NCBI GenBank assembly: GCA_951406725.2
Contig: OX597822.1
Coordinates: forward strand, 17,918,001 to 17,982,000
Direction: 5' to 3'
DNA length: 64,000 nt
From: Octopus vulgaris
Taxonomy: Eukaryota
Shown here: positions 25,091 to 39,324 of the stretch, one piece after another
Layout of the letters: every line of letters begins with the position of its first letter
Position numbering within the stretch: the first letter of the stretch is position 1
Position numbers and translations under genes: made by a program
The notes under the pieces: model-generated
Database searches by the model: none
What the model saw: only the letters and a program-made list of their open reading frames with translations
What the model was told of the DNA's origin: nothing

Positions 25091-27243
25091 CAAGTGAGTG
25101 GCCAAATGAAAGCAGTAGGCACCCAACACATTATTTAAAACAGTTTGCCTCAGCTCCATGAAACTTAAAATTTCATCGGCTTGTTAGATAAATTCATCTC
25201 ATCAGGCTTGTTGAGACTGACAACACACACACACTCTCACAAATGTGTGCACATGCGCTCACACTCACACACACATACACACACACACACACACGATGGA
25301 CAGATAGAAAGTGAGAACAAATTGTCTTTTTGTAATTCTTTTGCAACATTACAGTTTCGAAGCTATTCTTCACTTCCTTAGTATTTCCAGCTTTACCTGA
25401 TGTTCCTACCTTGAGCAATTTCTTTCTTCTCTTCCTGAATTTACCTTCATCCTCATTAACTATGTTACATTGATTTTCTTTCATTCGTTCTTTCATTTAT
25501 TCCTTATCATTTTTTTTCTTTTGTTTCTTTCATTTATTCGTTGTCAACTCTAAAGAAATAGCTGGTTTTATTTATTTCTCTTTTTCAAATGTTTCTACTG
25601 TGTTTTATTTTCCTCTCAGTCCTTAACGAACTTGTAAGTCTTCCTTTATTATATGCCAGCTACTTTAATTATTCCAGCGTTAGTACTCAAGTGAATCTAT
25701 TAAAGCTTTCCTTCTGGATGAGTTTTGCTTGTCTCTCTTTCCTTTAACCTTCACAGTTTCATAATCTTCTTCTGCTGTTCTGCTAACATCATCTCTGTGT
25801 ATATTTATTTGCAAATGATGGAAAGATGCTGAACTTCTCAGTCAAAAAAGAAATTAATTTTCGCATCATTGCATATGAGTTTTTTTTACCTTACCTCAGG
25901 TAACACCTTCATTGAGTAGCCTAGAGGAATCACCATCATTGTCATCATCATTGCCATCACCACATCCCTCACCCCCCACCATCTCTCACCACCACTTTAC
26001 ATCAGCTTTTCCCACGCCCACCATGGTTCAATTCATTTCTTGGAGAGTACCCATTCTCATAGACTGGTGCTCATACGTTTCCTATCACCAACCTCTTCAA
26101 TTAGTCCTTGATGAGACTGAACTAAAGACACCTCCCTACTTGACCCCTTTTCAGCTCATTTGCCAACCCTTTTGTAATATGGACAGGGGTGCATTTTTTC
26201 TTGTTTCATGGCATCAGCACTACAAATGTTGTCTCATTCCTTACTGAACCACAGACGGAGCATGGTGGGTTTTCAGTCATGCCACCGACACATGAGTTGG
26301 AGTACCTTGTTTCTAACTACATGGTTCCAGGTTCAGTCCCACTGTGTGGCACCTTGGGCAAGAGTGTTCCACTATAGCCCCAGGTTGACTAAAGCTTTGT
26401 GAGTGGGTTTGGTTGACAGAAACTGAGAGAAGCCTGTCATATATATATATTATATACATGTGTGTGTGTCTTTGGGTCTATGTTTGTTCCCCACCACCAC
26501 TTGACAACTGGCCCCCTTAGCTTTTTTCTTTTCACAGGGGTCAATTAAAGAAATATCTGTCATGCAGTGAAGCTGTTTTAATTGTCTAATTCTCTCTCCA
26601 ACAAATGCTTTGGTTGTCTGCTACTTTAAGGAATCATCACAGCCACCACCACCATCCTCACCATCATCATCAATATTATCAAAAGATGTGCATAACACAG
26701 TTTCTGTTGGGTTTATTTCTTTAATTATTTCCATGCCATATATTGTTGGATGAAATCTGAATTTCGTAAAGCTAATGGTGTCCCCAATTGAGTTAGTTAG
26801 GCCTTGTCTTGTCCAAAGAGATATGGAGACCATAGAAAGCATTGTTACCTTGGTAACACAATTACTGCTAGAGGGAGAATTTATTGATTATATGGGCACT
26901 TTGGTGAAAGTGCATATGCATGTGTGTGTACAGAAGGCCAAAGAACTGATTACGTGTGTTGACTGGAGAGGATTTTTCTCACTTTGTTCTCAAGACGTTT
27001 CTTATGAAGTGGTTGTATCAAGACTGATCCTAGCTTGTTGCAGGAGAAGTGAGTGGAACGATAAAAGTTAGACAAAGATCCTTTAGATATTCACATAGAT
27101 GTGTAGCAAAGGAGTTTATTTCACAGCTATGTGATGTCAGGTTCAGTTCCACTGCTTGGCACCTTCACCAGTTATCTCCATTGGTTAGTCCTGGGCTGAC
27201 CAATGATTTGTGAGTTCTCTAGGGAAAAGCTCATTGTGTACTC

Positions 27244-27277
<34 letters not shown>

Positions 27278-27839
27278 ATACATACACACACATATGTAGG
27301 TACATACATTCATACATACATGTGTGTGTTCATGTGTGTATCAGTTTGTATTGACATTGCACTCTAATTGTAAACAGAATTCACCCCAATACAAGAGGTG
27401 TTGTTCTCTTCCAGTCCTTCATAAAAACATGTCTACCAATTGTGCTGTTTGTGTATCAAAGAATTTGGTGAAATATTACTTTGCTTGGAAAAATGTAAGG
27501 GTTGGTAATGAAATATTCAGCCATAAAAAATCCCCCTCAGTGAATTTCATTCCTGGCAATTTCCCCATCACCAGACATATTGCAATGCCTGTCCTCTCCG
27601 TTTGATTGCTTTGTCCTTCCATTTCTTGAAATTATCTGTCAAGCTTCCTCTTTTCCTGCTTCTTCTTCTTTACCCACAGCAATTTTGTTAAAGAATGATC
27701 TTCACCAATCATTGGAGCTTGTCATGTGGCCATCCCATCTCAGCCTCTTTTTCTTCATCATTGTGAGGTCTTCATCAGGTCCAGTGTTATATGCTTCAAT
27801 AAAGCTGCTTGTCTGCAATGTGCAGATTTGTATGTACGA

Positions 27840-28055
27840 TGCCAGCGCCACCTTGACTGGCTTCCGTGCCAGTGGCATGTAAAAAGCACCCACTACACTC
27901 ATGGAGTGGTTGGCATTAGGAAGGGCATCCAGCTGTAGAAACACTGCCAGATCAGACTGGAGCCTAGTGCAGCCTCCTGGCTTCCCAGACCCTGGTTAAA
28001 CCATCCAACCCATGCTAGCATGGAAAACAGACGTTAAACAATGATGATGATGATG
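27840..28055 (+). mobile_element. RTE LINE 3' tail fragment
   Basis: Close match to 330-524, ending in (GAT)n. Confidence 0.75.
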
Positions 28056-28785
28056 TTTATGTGTGTGCGTGTGTGCATGCGTGTGTGCCCGTGCTTTTAA
28101 TGGAAGCCTTCAATATCAACCTTTGTGTTCTCCCTTTGTGGATTATCTAGTCGGGTGTGATTTGAGGGAGATTTTGTTGTTACTTCTTGCATGTCAAATG
28201 ACCATGCTGAAGCCCCTTCGTTGGCTCACCCTATGTGGCTCATTTGCTCTCATTAGTGATGAAAATATTTGGAATATTATTCGTATTACATGTTCGGTTA
28301 ATTAAGATGAATATGGAGCTCATTACATTCTGAACATAATTAAAAAACTAAAATCTAGAAATAACTATATTTACAGATATGTATGTGTGAGTAATTAAGT
28401 AGATTTATGGGAACATTGAGTCTGAGTATCATCACCACCATCACCGCTATCATAGTCATCATCATCGTTAATCATCGTTTATACGTCTCTCTTCTTGCTG
28501 GTTCTGTGATTAATGTTGGTATTTAGTTTTTTTACAAATATATTTATATGAAAATATGTGTGTGTGTATATAAATGTACATTTCCATTTGTATGTGTCAC
28601 CTTCATCATCATTATTTTACATCCATTTTCCTTCCTGGCATGGTCTCTGCCTATATATATGCATGTTTATGTGTTTGAATATGTCTTACTCTGAGTGTGT
28701 AGCATTATTCAAAAGCTACAATGATTCAAAAGTGCATTGTGACCAGCGATGTATAACAATATCCGATAGTCTGCTCGATCATGTG

Positions 28786-28840
<55 letters not shown>

Positions 28841-28949
28841 ACGTGTGCGTATGCATATATATATATATATACATATATATGTATATATATATAATAGAAA
28901 TATTAAAATTACTAAGTCTCTCTAAAGGAGATTACGGCAGCGTTACTGG

Positions 28950-29076
28950 ATATTAATTGTTATCGCCATATTAATGTGGCAATCTTATAGATATAAGACT
29001 AAAAGCTGTCGCTGATTAGCTCCAAGAGGCCACCGCCTCTAGCTAGCAATATGACACCCGAATATGGCGATAACTA

Positions 29077-29083
<7 letters not shown>
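28950..29083. repeat. Small hairpin module inside (TA)n
   Basis: atattaattgttatcgccatatt ... aatatggcgataactattaatat forms a 23 bp inverted repeat with 1 mismatch. Flanked by TA tracts. Confidence 0.6.
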
Positions 29084-29123
<40 letters not shown>

Positions 29124-29139
29124 ATATATATATATATAT

Positions 29140-31913
29140 GTTTTTAGATGCCAAGGACATATTTTCCAATGGCTATTGTGAATCTGTATCACTATTCAAC
29201 AAGGCCAAGGACATAATCATTGTTGGTCTTTACAGGCCTCCCCAAGCACCTCTAAAGTGTTTTGAAGAGTGCCTTAGCAAAGTCTTCAAAGTACAACTCC
29301 GGAAACATACTAGTGATGGGTGATTTTAACCTCCCTCATGTGAACTGGCCCACACATACTCTGAAGTTAAGCAAATGCTCTACATCAGATAGAGCAGCAG
29401 CAGAACCGCTCTTTAATCTAATGGATGAATACTTCCTGACTCAACTAGTGCTTGAACCAACGAGACAGAATAAAACGATCTTGGATCTGGTATTGACCAA
29501 TCACTCTAGCTTCGTTCACAGTATTTCAGTTGAAAAAACTCTCCTCTCAGACCACGACATGGTACTCTGCAATTTTAATTCCCGACATATAAAAACCAAA
29601 CCAGCCAATCCCACTCCATGGCACTCATTTGACAACATAAACTTCCACAAAGCGGACTGGGGAGCAATCAGAAAGGATCTGTCTTTCATCGACTGGTCTT
29701 TTACTCTCAATTCCACCCATATTGAGACCGCATGGCAGCACTTTGAAAACATTGTCACCTATACATGCTCTAAACACGCTCCCACGAAATCTACTAACAC
29801 AAACAGAAACCGGCTCCCTAAAAAGAAAAAAACACTCATCAGGCGCATCAAAAGACTCAACAAAAAAAATCAATCAGTTAAAATATTCCCACATACAACA
29901 TCCACATTCAACAACAATGAAAAGACTAGAGCTGGAAAAACTTAATCTGCAGACTGACATGAAAACCTCCATTGAAAATCAAAGAGCTGTGGAGGAACAG
30001 TGGGTAATCAAAAACATCAAACAGAACCCAAAAGTGTCCTATTCTTATGCAAATAAGCATAGAACCACTGCCTCACCTATTGGGCCATTGATTGATGATA
30101 ACGGCATTTCCCAACACGATGCTAAAGAAATGGCAGAAATACTGCAGAAACAATACTGCTCTGTCTTTAGTGTTTCCACTGATATTAACGTAAGAGAAGC
30201 GAATGAAGTTGACTCCCAACATAAAATCTCTGACATAACCTTCACTGCAACTGACATCATAGCAGCAATAAATGAGGTCAAATACTACTCTGCTGTAGGC
30301 CCTGATAGATTCCCCGCTAGTCTCCTGAAGGAATGTAGACACCAACTTGCAGTCCCTCTGACCAACCTCTGGAGAAATTCGTTAGACGCAGGTTATATAC
30401 CGAAACAGTTTCTATCCCAGTCAGTCATCCTGGTTTTCAAACAGGGAAACAGATCCCTCGCACTCAACTATCGCCCAATCTCACTCACCTCCCACATCAT
30501 TAAAGTGTTTGAAAGAGTGTTAAGATCAAGGAGAGCTGACTTCCTGGAGACCCACAAACTCCTAAATGCAAATCAGCATGGCTTTCGCTGTGGCAGGGAC
30601 TGTCTAACACAGCTCTTACACCATATTGAAGATGTACTCAAAGCCTTGGGAACAGGTTCGAACTCTGATGTCATATATCTTGACTTCAGTAATGCGTTCG
30701 ACAGGGTAGACCATAATATCCTACTCTCAAAATTGGCAAATGTTGGAATCCGTGGAAAAGTTCTACACTGGATCAAGTATTTCCTGGCGAATAGAACACA
30801 ACATGTTGTAGTTGACGGAGTCCACTCAAGCCCAGCAAAAGTCACCAGCAGTGTACCCCAGGGGACTGTCTTGGGTCCGCTACTCTTCATAATTTACATA
30901 AACGACCTTTCCAGTGTCGTACATTACTGCAAAGTGAAAATATTTGCTGATGACACTAAGCTCCAGCAAGTCGTCAATGAAGAAGCAGACTGAACTCAAC
31001 TCCAGTCTGATCTATATGCTGTGAGTCAATGGGCAGACAGAAACAAAATGCAACTGAACAAGGGAAAATTTGAGCTGATGCATTTTGGAAGAAATTCCTC
31101 ACTAAAACAGCCATACTCTCTTCCTTCAGGGGAACCGCTCACAGCCTCTAACAATATCAGAATTGGGTGTAATTGTTGATGACGATCTCAGTTGGAGTGC
31201 ACACATCAACAAGAAAGTCGATATAGCTCGTAGGATGAGTTCCTGGATCTTAAGAACTTTCCGGTCCAGAGAACAAGGTGTCATCATACCACTTTTCTCC
31301 TCCTTTGTACAGCCACACCTCGAATACTGCTGCCCACTGTGGTCTCCCCATACAAGACAAAACATCTCGAGGATTGAATCACCCTAGAGGGCACTCACTA
31401 AACGAATTGAAGGCATGGCTGCTTTCGATTATTGGGACCGTTTTAAAGCCTTGAGACTCTACTCTTTCCAGCGTCGCCATGAGTGGTACATCATTTGTAC
31501 GATGTGGAGAATATACCGCCAACTTTGCCCAAACGACCTGAACATTAGCTTCAAGGTTCATCCAAGACTGGGACCACGGGCCATACGTCCCCTGCCCAAT
31601 TCCAGATCACTGCATACATGTACACTGCAACATAATTTCTTTTCCTCAACAGGCCCTGCCCTATTTAACATTGTCCCGAAAGGGATCAAAGAGGAAAAGG
31701 ATCCCATCAACTTTAAACGGAGTTTGGATAGATTCCTTCAAGGAATACCAGATAAGCCACCCATAATTGGATACAACTCACCCAACAAAAACTCACTACT
31801 TGAATGGACCATAAACAAAACTTGACTTAAACAGGATTCAAATAATCCTATCAGGTGGTGCTATTAAGTTAGACATGGCCTGGACCAATCTTTGGTCAAA
31901 ACATATCTAAGTT
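29140..31913 (+). mobile_element. 5'-truncated CR1-clade LINE, ORF2 (APE + RT) pseudogenised
   Basis: APE motifs VGLYRPP, MGDFN, LDLVLT, SDHDMV. RT motifs NYRPISLTS, NQHGFR, YLDFSNAFDRVDH, VPQGTVLGPLLF, FADDTK, then QPHLEYCCPLWSP. Broken by frameshifts and a TGA at 30991. (TA)n on both sides. Confidence 0.92.
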
Positions 31914-31945
31914 TATATGCACACGCATATATATATATATATATA

Positions 31946-32383
31946 TATATTATATTAAATTAGAGACAAAACCACTATTAGGCAAATCAAACAATGAAAA
32001 ACTTAAGCCAATACATAAGATTATTTAATTTATATTGTTTATAATAATGTTTTATATTTAAATATATTTTGTTTAAACCTCGCCAAGATAAATATTTAAA
32101 CCACCTGATGAATGACTGCGACTCAAAAATTTGAAGATGTTAGCAGGCATGAAATGATCGTAGTGTGATATTAATTATATTTTTTTAATAATTTTGTTTT
32201 ATATTTAAATAATATAAATTAAATAATCTTATGTATTGGCTTAAGTTTTTCATTGTTTGATTTGCCTAATAGTGGTTTTGTCTCTAATTTAATATAATAT
32301 AATATTTTACTATAAAATTGGATTCGATCCTAAATCTGATTTTTCCCTGTAAGTTTGGATTTATTCCCTAATATTTATTATTA

Positions 32384-32390
<7 letters not shown>
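31946..32390 (+). mobile_element. Penelope-like terminal-repeat module: about 90 bp inverted repeat around a hammerhead motif
   Basis: 31946-32036 is the reverse complement of 32211-32301. The central 32101-32166 has CTGATGA...GAAA...GTA. The 3' tail tttttccctgtaagtttgga is shared with 38559-38578. Confidence 0.65.
32101..32166 (+). ncRNA. Minimal type I hammerhead ribozyme motif
   Basis: cac-CTGATGA-atgactgc...gcaggcat-GAAA-tgatcg-TA-gtg: stem I is 3 bp, stem II pairs atg.ctgc/gcag.cat, stem III is near-palindromic, cleavage triplet GUA. Confidence 0.6.
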
Positions 32391-32415
<25 letters not shown>

Positions 32416-32429
32416 GTTTATATATACAT

Positions 32430-32837
32430 ACTCTTTTATTCTTTTACTTGTTTCAGTCATTTGACTGCGGCCATGCTGGAGCACCGCCTTTAATCGAGCA
32501 ACTCGACCCCAGGACTTATTCTTTTGTAAGCCCAGTACTTATTCTATCGGTCTCTTTTGCCAAACCGCTAAGTAACGGGGACATAAACACACCAGCATCG
32601 GTTGTCAAGCAATGCTAGGGGGACAAACACAGACACACAAACACACATACATATATATATATATACATATATACGACAAGCTTCTTTTAGTTTCCGTCTA
32701 CCAAATCCACTCACAAGGCTTTGGTCGGCCCGGGGCTATAGCAGAAGACACTTGCCCAAGATGCCACGCAGTGGGACTGAACTCGGAACCATGTGGTTGG
32801 TTAGCAAGCTACTTACCACACAGCCACTCCTGCGCCT
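32430..32837 (-). mobile_element. Young full-length tRNA-derived SINE, tail type A
   Basis: Minus strand aggcgcaggagtggctgtgtggtaagtagcttgctaaccaaccacatggttccgagttcagtccc...(TA/TG)...gcatggccgcagtcaaatgactgaaacaagtaaaag. Near-identical to the 34328 and 36883 copies. Confidence 0.9.
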
Positions 32838-33288
32838 ATATATAATAGAAATAAAAAAAAAATACACATTGAGTACAGGATATCACCAACGAGCAAGAAA
32901 TACATAAACATACAGCGAGAGAGAAGTACGGGTTAAAATACCAAAAGAAGTCTTAACTCCTGCTCAGTTGTCGACTGTTTATTACTATCTGTGTCATGCT
33001 TTTAAAGACAAAACAAGATTTCATAAGACAGCAGCATCCAGAAATTTTTAAAATATAAAATTTGTGGAGACTCAGGTCTTTGAAAAAACAAGCAGCACCA
33101 AAGTGGACGTACGGAAGTAAATGATTGAATAAGACAGACATTTAGGACCATTAGGCCAAGACAAATTGTAATGGTAACGTTTGGGAAAAATTTTGAAAGG
33201 ATATAGAATAAATAGAAGAGAAAAAAGATATCGAGAGGCAAGAGAAATGACATCCAGCTAGCTGGATGGTCCATCTAGAAGAGACAAG

Positions 33289-33330
<42 letters not shown>

Positions 33331-33431
33331 ATATCTAAATAAGGATGAGATTGTTATTTAAAATACCGATTATATCAAGTGGCTAGCATGGGAATAAAAA
33401 TCTCATAGGTAATAATTGTTATTTTGTGTGT

Positions 33432-33489
33432 ATTCCACTGATGAAACAAAGCATTTCTTATGCAAAGGCAGAAATCCAGGATCTGGAAT
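33432..33489 (+). ncRNA. Type I hammerhead ribozyme motif (stem II degenerate)
   Basis: attcca-CTGATGA-...-GAAA-tccagga-TC-tggaat: perfect 6 bp stem I, palindrome-like stem III, cleavage triplet AUC. It lies just downstream of a (TA)n tract. Confidence 0.55.
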
Positions 33490-34327
33490 TATCTAATAAT
33501 TTTCTGTTAGTTTATTTTGTCTCTTTGTGTGTGTGTGTATATATATATATATATTTATATATGTATGTGGACCTGTGTATGTATGTGTTACATGTAGAAG
33601 CATAGAAAAGTGGATACATCAAAATGATGATTATACATACATACATACATACATATCTTTGTATCTGTTTTTGGAAACCAGCTCCTTCTCTGGAGGAAGA
33701 ATTTAAATGATTAAAAGCAGAAGAGAAACACGCACACCCACTCACACACCTCACACACGTTGGCATGGAGGGGGATATAAATTCAAAAATTTGTTTCTTT
33801 ACATAAGTATATACTTGTGTGTGATTGTATGTGCATGTACATGAAAGTATGTATGCATGTGTGTATGTAGGTATGTATGTTTGTGTGTTCAGAGGTGTAC
33901 TTGATAGACAAGTGGTTTGATCAGAAACCATGTATATATATGGATATGTGGAGATGTGGATGTAAAAATATACATCTGTCAGTATATAATTTTCAAACGT
34001 GCATTCATGATTTCACACACACACACACACACACATACACACAAATATAAACGTGTGTGTGGACTTAAGCGGGGGGTGGGGATGAAACTGCTCCTCTTTA
34101 AGCTCATTTAAATATCAAACTAATTGCATGTGTAATGACCCAGTATCAACGACCAAATTGAATATGAATTATAGATGTTGTGGGAATGCTCAAGCAAATA
34201 TTCTGAGCTTTGCATTCTGACATCTAACTCTATAGACTAGCGAATGAATACCACAGATGCATGTAGGCACCCTCGCACTATGTGAGCAGCAGAGTGGATG
34301 AGGAATGAGGATGATATATATATATAT

Positions 34328-34740
34328 TACTCTTTTACTCTTTTACTTGTTTCAGTCATTTGACTGCGGCCATGCTGGAGCACCACCTTTAATCGAGCAA
34401 CTCGACCCCAGGACTTATTCTTTTGTAAGCCCAGTACTTATTCTATCGGTCTCTTTTGCTGAACCGTTAAGTGACGGGGACGTAAACACACCAGCATCGG
34501 TTGTCAAGCAATGCTAGGGGGACAACCACAGACACACAAACACACACACACACACATACATATATATACATATATACGACAGGCTTCTTTCAGTTTCCGT
34601 CTACCAAATCCACTCACAAGGCATTGGTCGGCCCGGGGCTATAGCAGAAGACACTTGCCCAAGATGCCACGCAGTGGGACTGAACCCGGAACCATGTGGT
34701 TAGTTAGCAAGCTACTTACCACACAGCCACTCCTGCGTCT
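34328..34740 (-). mobile_element. Young full-length tRNA-derived SINE, tail type A
   Basis: Near-identical to 32430-32837. Confidence 0.9.
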
Positions 34741-36153
<1,413 letters not shown>

Positions 36154-36242
36154 GAAACAGTTTGCCCCATGGGCTCCTAGGGAGCGTTCTTGTTCAGGTT
36201 GCTTGCTGCGCCTTTGTTTTGTTTCGACATCGTAATTCCTGG

Positions 36243-36330
36243 ATTTTCCTGAAGAGAAAGCTGCAATATGGTATCCTTATTCAATCAGAATTTGGAAAAT
36301 TGTGGCCTTCGAAACATGTGTAGAATGTAA
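36243..36330 (+). ncRNA. Minimal type I hammerhead ribozyme motif
   Basis: ttc-CTGAAGA-gaaagctgcaat...attgtggccttc-GAAA-catgtg-TA-gaa: 12 bp stem II with 1 mismatch, short stem I, GUA triplet. It sits in an approximately 390 bp island between two (TA)n tracts. Confidence 0.55.
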
Positions 36331-36582
36331 TAAAAGGAATTCTGTAGAATCTTCGTTCAGCTCCATTTCTTCCATTCACTAATTATATTAAACTTCATTT
36401 ATCCGCGCCAACGCACGGTTGCAACACCCTATGGTCATAACTCCAACCGTGTTTTTTCTGCTGTGATTTTTGCTACCCAGGTATTGGTTAAACTTTTGAA
36501 TAATCCGTAACGAGATAATTCATCTTTCCATTTCAACAAATATATATATACATATATGTATATTTATATATATATATATGTA

Positions 36583-36633
<51 letters not shown>

Positions 36634-36658
36634 TTATATATATATATATATGTATATT

Positions 36659-36708
<50 letters not shown>

Positions 36709-37101
36709 AAATATAAACATTTTATTTATTATTTTGCCCATTACTTTATCGTCGGTATAATTTTTATCTTATATGTAATCTTTCTATAATATGTAATTTT
36801 CTAGATGGTGTAATTTAATTTTTCGTTTTGAATTGATAACAGGTGGTTTTTTTTCTAATTTATATATATATATATATATATACTTACTTACTTTACTTTT
36901 ACTTTTACTTGTTTCAGTCATTTGACTGCGGCCATGCTGGAGCACCGCCTTTAGTCGAGCAAATCGACCCCGGGACTTATTCTTTGTAAGCCCAGTACTT
37001 ATTCTATTGGTCTCTTTTTGCCGAACCGCTAAGCGACGGGGACGTAAACACACCAGCATCGGTTGTCAAGCAATGCTAGGGGGACAAACACAGACACACA
37101 A

Positions 37102-37142
<41 letters not shown>

Positions 37143-37295
37143 CCAATTAAGGACTGAACACGAAAAGTGGACAGTCAACATGCTAGATATAGACGTCAAA
37201 TCGCCATTCTCCACAAAAAGTCTATGTTCTCAGATCAAACTCAACACCTAACCAAAACAATAAACAAGTGAAAAATATACGAAATAAATATTTAC

Positions 37296-37361
37296 CCATG
37301 TACTAAATTCAGTTTCGGCTGTTATTTTCTGCAAGGAAAAGTGCAGCCATCATCAGCATGG
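37296..37361 (-). ncRNA. Type I hammerhead ribozyme (copy 1)
   Basis: Reverse complement of the motif at 37996-38061, with minor stem II loop differences. Confidence 0.78.
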
Positions 37362-37805
37362 TCCCATATAAAATGTAATTTGCTGTACTAAATGCCAACA
37401 CGATACCGAAATAACGCGTGCATGGAGTACGGCCTATTACATTTGAAATATATATTTCAAATGTCTTTATTTTGGCGCGATGAGACCCGAGAAAACTAGC
37501 CTGCAGCTAATAGTTAGCAGCAGTTAATTTATCGGTTAGAGAACAAATATTTATATAAAATTGAATTAAGGGTAAAAATTGATATTTATCAATTAGAACC
37601 AGTGGTCTAGCATATTAAAGAAAGAATCCGAAGATTAAAATATTTATATATACCAATTAAGGACTGAACACGAAAAGTGGACAGTCAACATGCTAGATAT
37701 AGACGTCAAATCGCCATTCTCCACAAAAAGTCTATGTTCTCAGATCAAACTCAACACCAAACCAAAACAATAAACAAGTGAAAAATATACGAAATAAATA
37801 TTTAC

Positions 37806-37871
37806 CCATGTACTAAATTCAGTTTCGGCTGTTATTTTCCGCAAGGAAAAGTGCAGCCATCATCAGCATGG
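37806..37871 (-). ncRNA. Type I hammerhead ribozyme (copy 2)
   Basis: Tandem copy 510 bp from copy 1. Confidence 0.78.
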
Positions 37872-37995
37872 TCCCATATAAAATGTAATTTGCTGTACTA
37901 AATGCCAACACGATACCGAAATAACGCGTGCATGGAGTACGGCCTATTACATTTGAAATATATATTTCAAATGTCTTTATTTTGGCGCGATGGGA

Positions 37996-38061
37996 CCATG
38001 CTGATGATGGCTGCACTTTTTCTTGCGGAAAATAACAGCCGAAACTGAATTTAGTACATGG
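37996..38061 (+). ncRNA. Type I hammerhead ribozyme (copy 3)
   Basis: ccatg-CTGATGA-t-ggctg...cagcc-GAAA-ctgaatttag-TA-catgg: 5 bp stem I, 5 bp stem II with one extra U after the core, near-palindromic stem III, GUA triplet. Confidence 0.82.
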
Positions 38062-38302
38062 GTAAATATTTATTTCATATATTTTTCACTTGTTTATTGT
38101 TTTGGTTTGGTGTTGAGTTTGATCTGAGAACATAGACTTTTTGTGGAGAATGGCGATTTGACGTCTATATCTAGCATGTTGACTGTCCACTTTTCGTGTT
38201 CAGTCCTTAATTGGTATATATAAATATTTTAATCTTCGGATTCTTTCTTTAATATGCTAGACCACTGGTTCTAATTGATAAATATCAATTTTTACCCTTA
38301 AT

Positions 38303-38335
<33 letters not shown>

Positions 38336-38612
38336 CATACATACATACGACAGGCTTCTTTCAGTTTCCGTCTACCAAATCCACTCACAAGGCTTTGGTC
38401 GGCCCGAGGCTATAGTAGAAGACATTTGCCCAAGATGCCACGCAGTGGGACTGAACCCAGAACCATGTAGTTCATAAGCAAGCTACTTACCACACAGCCA
38501 CTCCTGCGCCCATATATATTATATTTCGTGAAATTTGATTTAGTATTTCTAAATTGAATTTTTCCCTGTAAGTTTGGAATAATATTCCCTCAAATTATTA
38601 TATCTATATCTG

Positions 38613-38650
<38 letters not shown>

Positions 38651-38867
38651 AGCATCTGCAAAGATACCAGCTGCACTCACCTGTACTCCTCATACTTGCA
38701 ACATCTTTGGCTTCCTTTGCAAATCGTTGGTGGGACTTAAATGTCACATTCGACATATGCATTATAACTGACAAAGAAAGAGTAGGTTGTCAGAGCCTCA
38801 TATTGTCGAAACCGACAGGAGAATCCGTCATACATATATACATATATGTATACATTATATTTATCTT

Positions 38868-39324
38868 CTGCTTGTTTCAGTCATTAGACTGTGGCCATGC
38901 TGGGGCACCACCTTGAATTCTTAGTTATGTGAATCGCCCACAGTACTTATTTTTTTATGAATGATACTTATCTATCAATCTTTTTTGCTGAACCACTACG
39001 TTACAGAGTTGCAAACATGCCAACACTGGTTATCAAATGGTGGTGGCGGAGGTGGGACAAACACAGACAGAAAGACACACACACGCAGATGTACATGCAT
39101 ATATATATATACATATACACACACACACACACATACACATGTATCTATTTATATATGTATATATGTATGATGGGCTTCTTTCATCTGCCATATTTACTCA
39201 CAAGGTATTGGTTGGCCTAAGGGTATGGTAGAAAACACTTGCCCAAGGTGCCATGCAGTGAGATTGAACCCAGAACCATGTGGTTGAGAAGCAACCTTCT
39301 TACCACACAGCCGTGCCTGCGCCT
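38868..39324 (-). mobile_element. Older SINE, tail type A
   Basis: Diverged match to 32430-32837 over the full length. Confidence 0.8.

Larger units (their letters stand above)
37141..38312. mobile_element. Penelope-like/retrozyme-like non-coding element: 510 bp tandem unit plus inverted copy, three hammerheads
   Basis: 37141-37482 repeats at 37651-37992 (period 510). 37990-38312 is the reverse complement of about 37552-37877. Each copy holds the hammerhead. (TA)n on both sides. Confidence 0.8.
36883..38510 (-). mobile_element. tRNA-derived SINE (type A) split by a 1.2 kb insertion in its central microsatellite
   Basis: The tail half (36883-37140) and head half (38330-38510) match the two halves of the intact copy at 32430-32837. 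Confidence 0.88.

Noticed and set aside
26775-27071. 98 aa ORF in non-microsatellite sequence
   Set aside because: No recognisable motif or splice signals; possibly a very old LINE remnant on the minus strand, but it cannot be supported.
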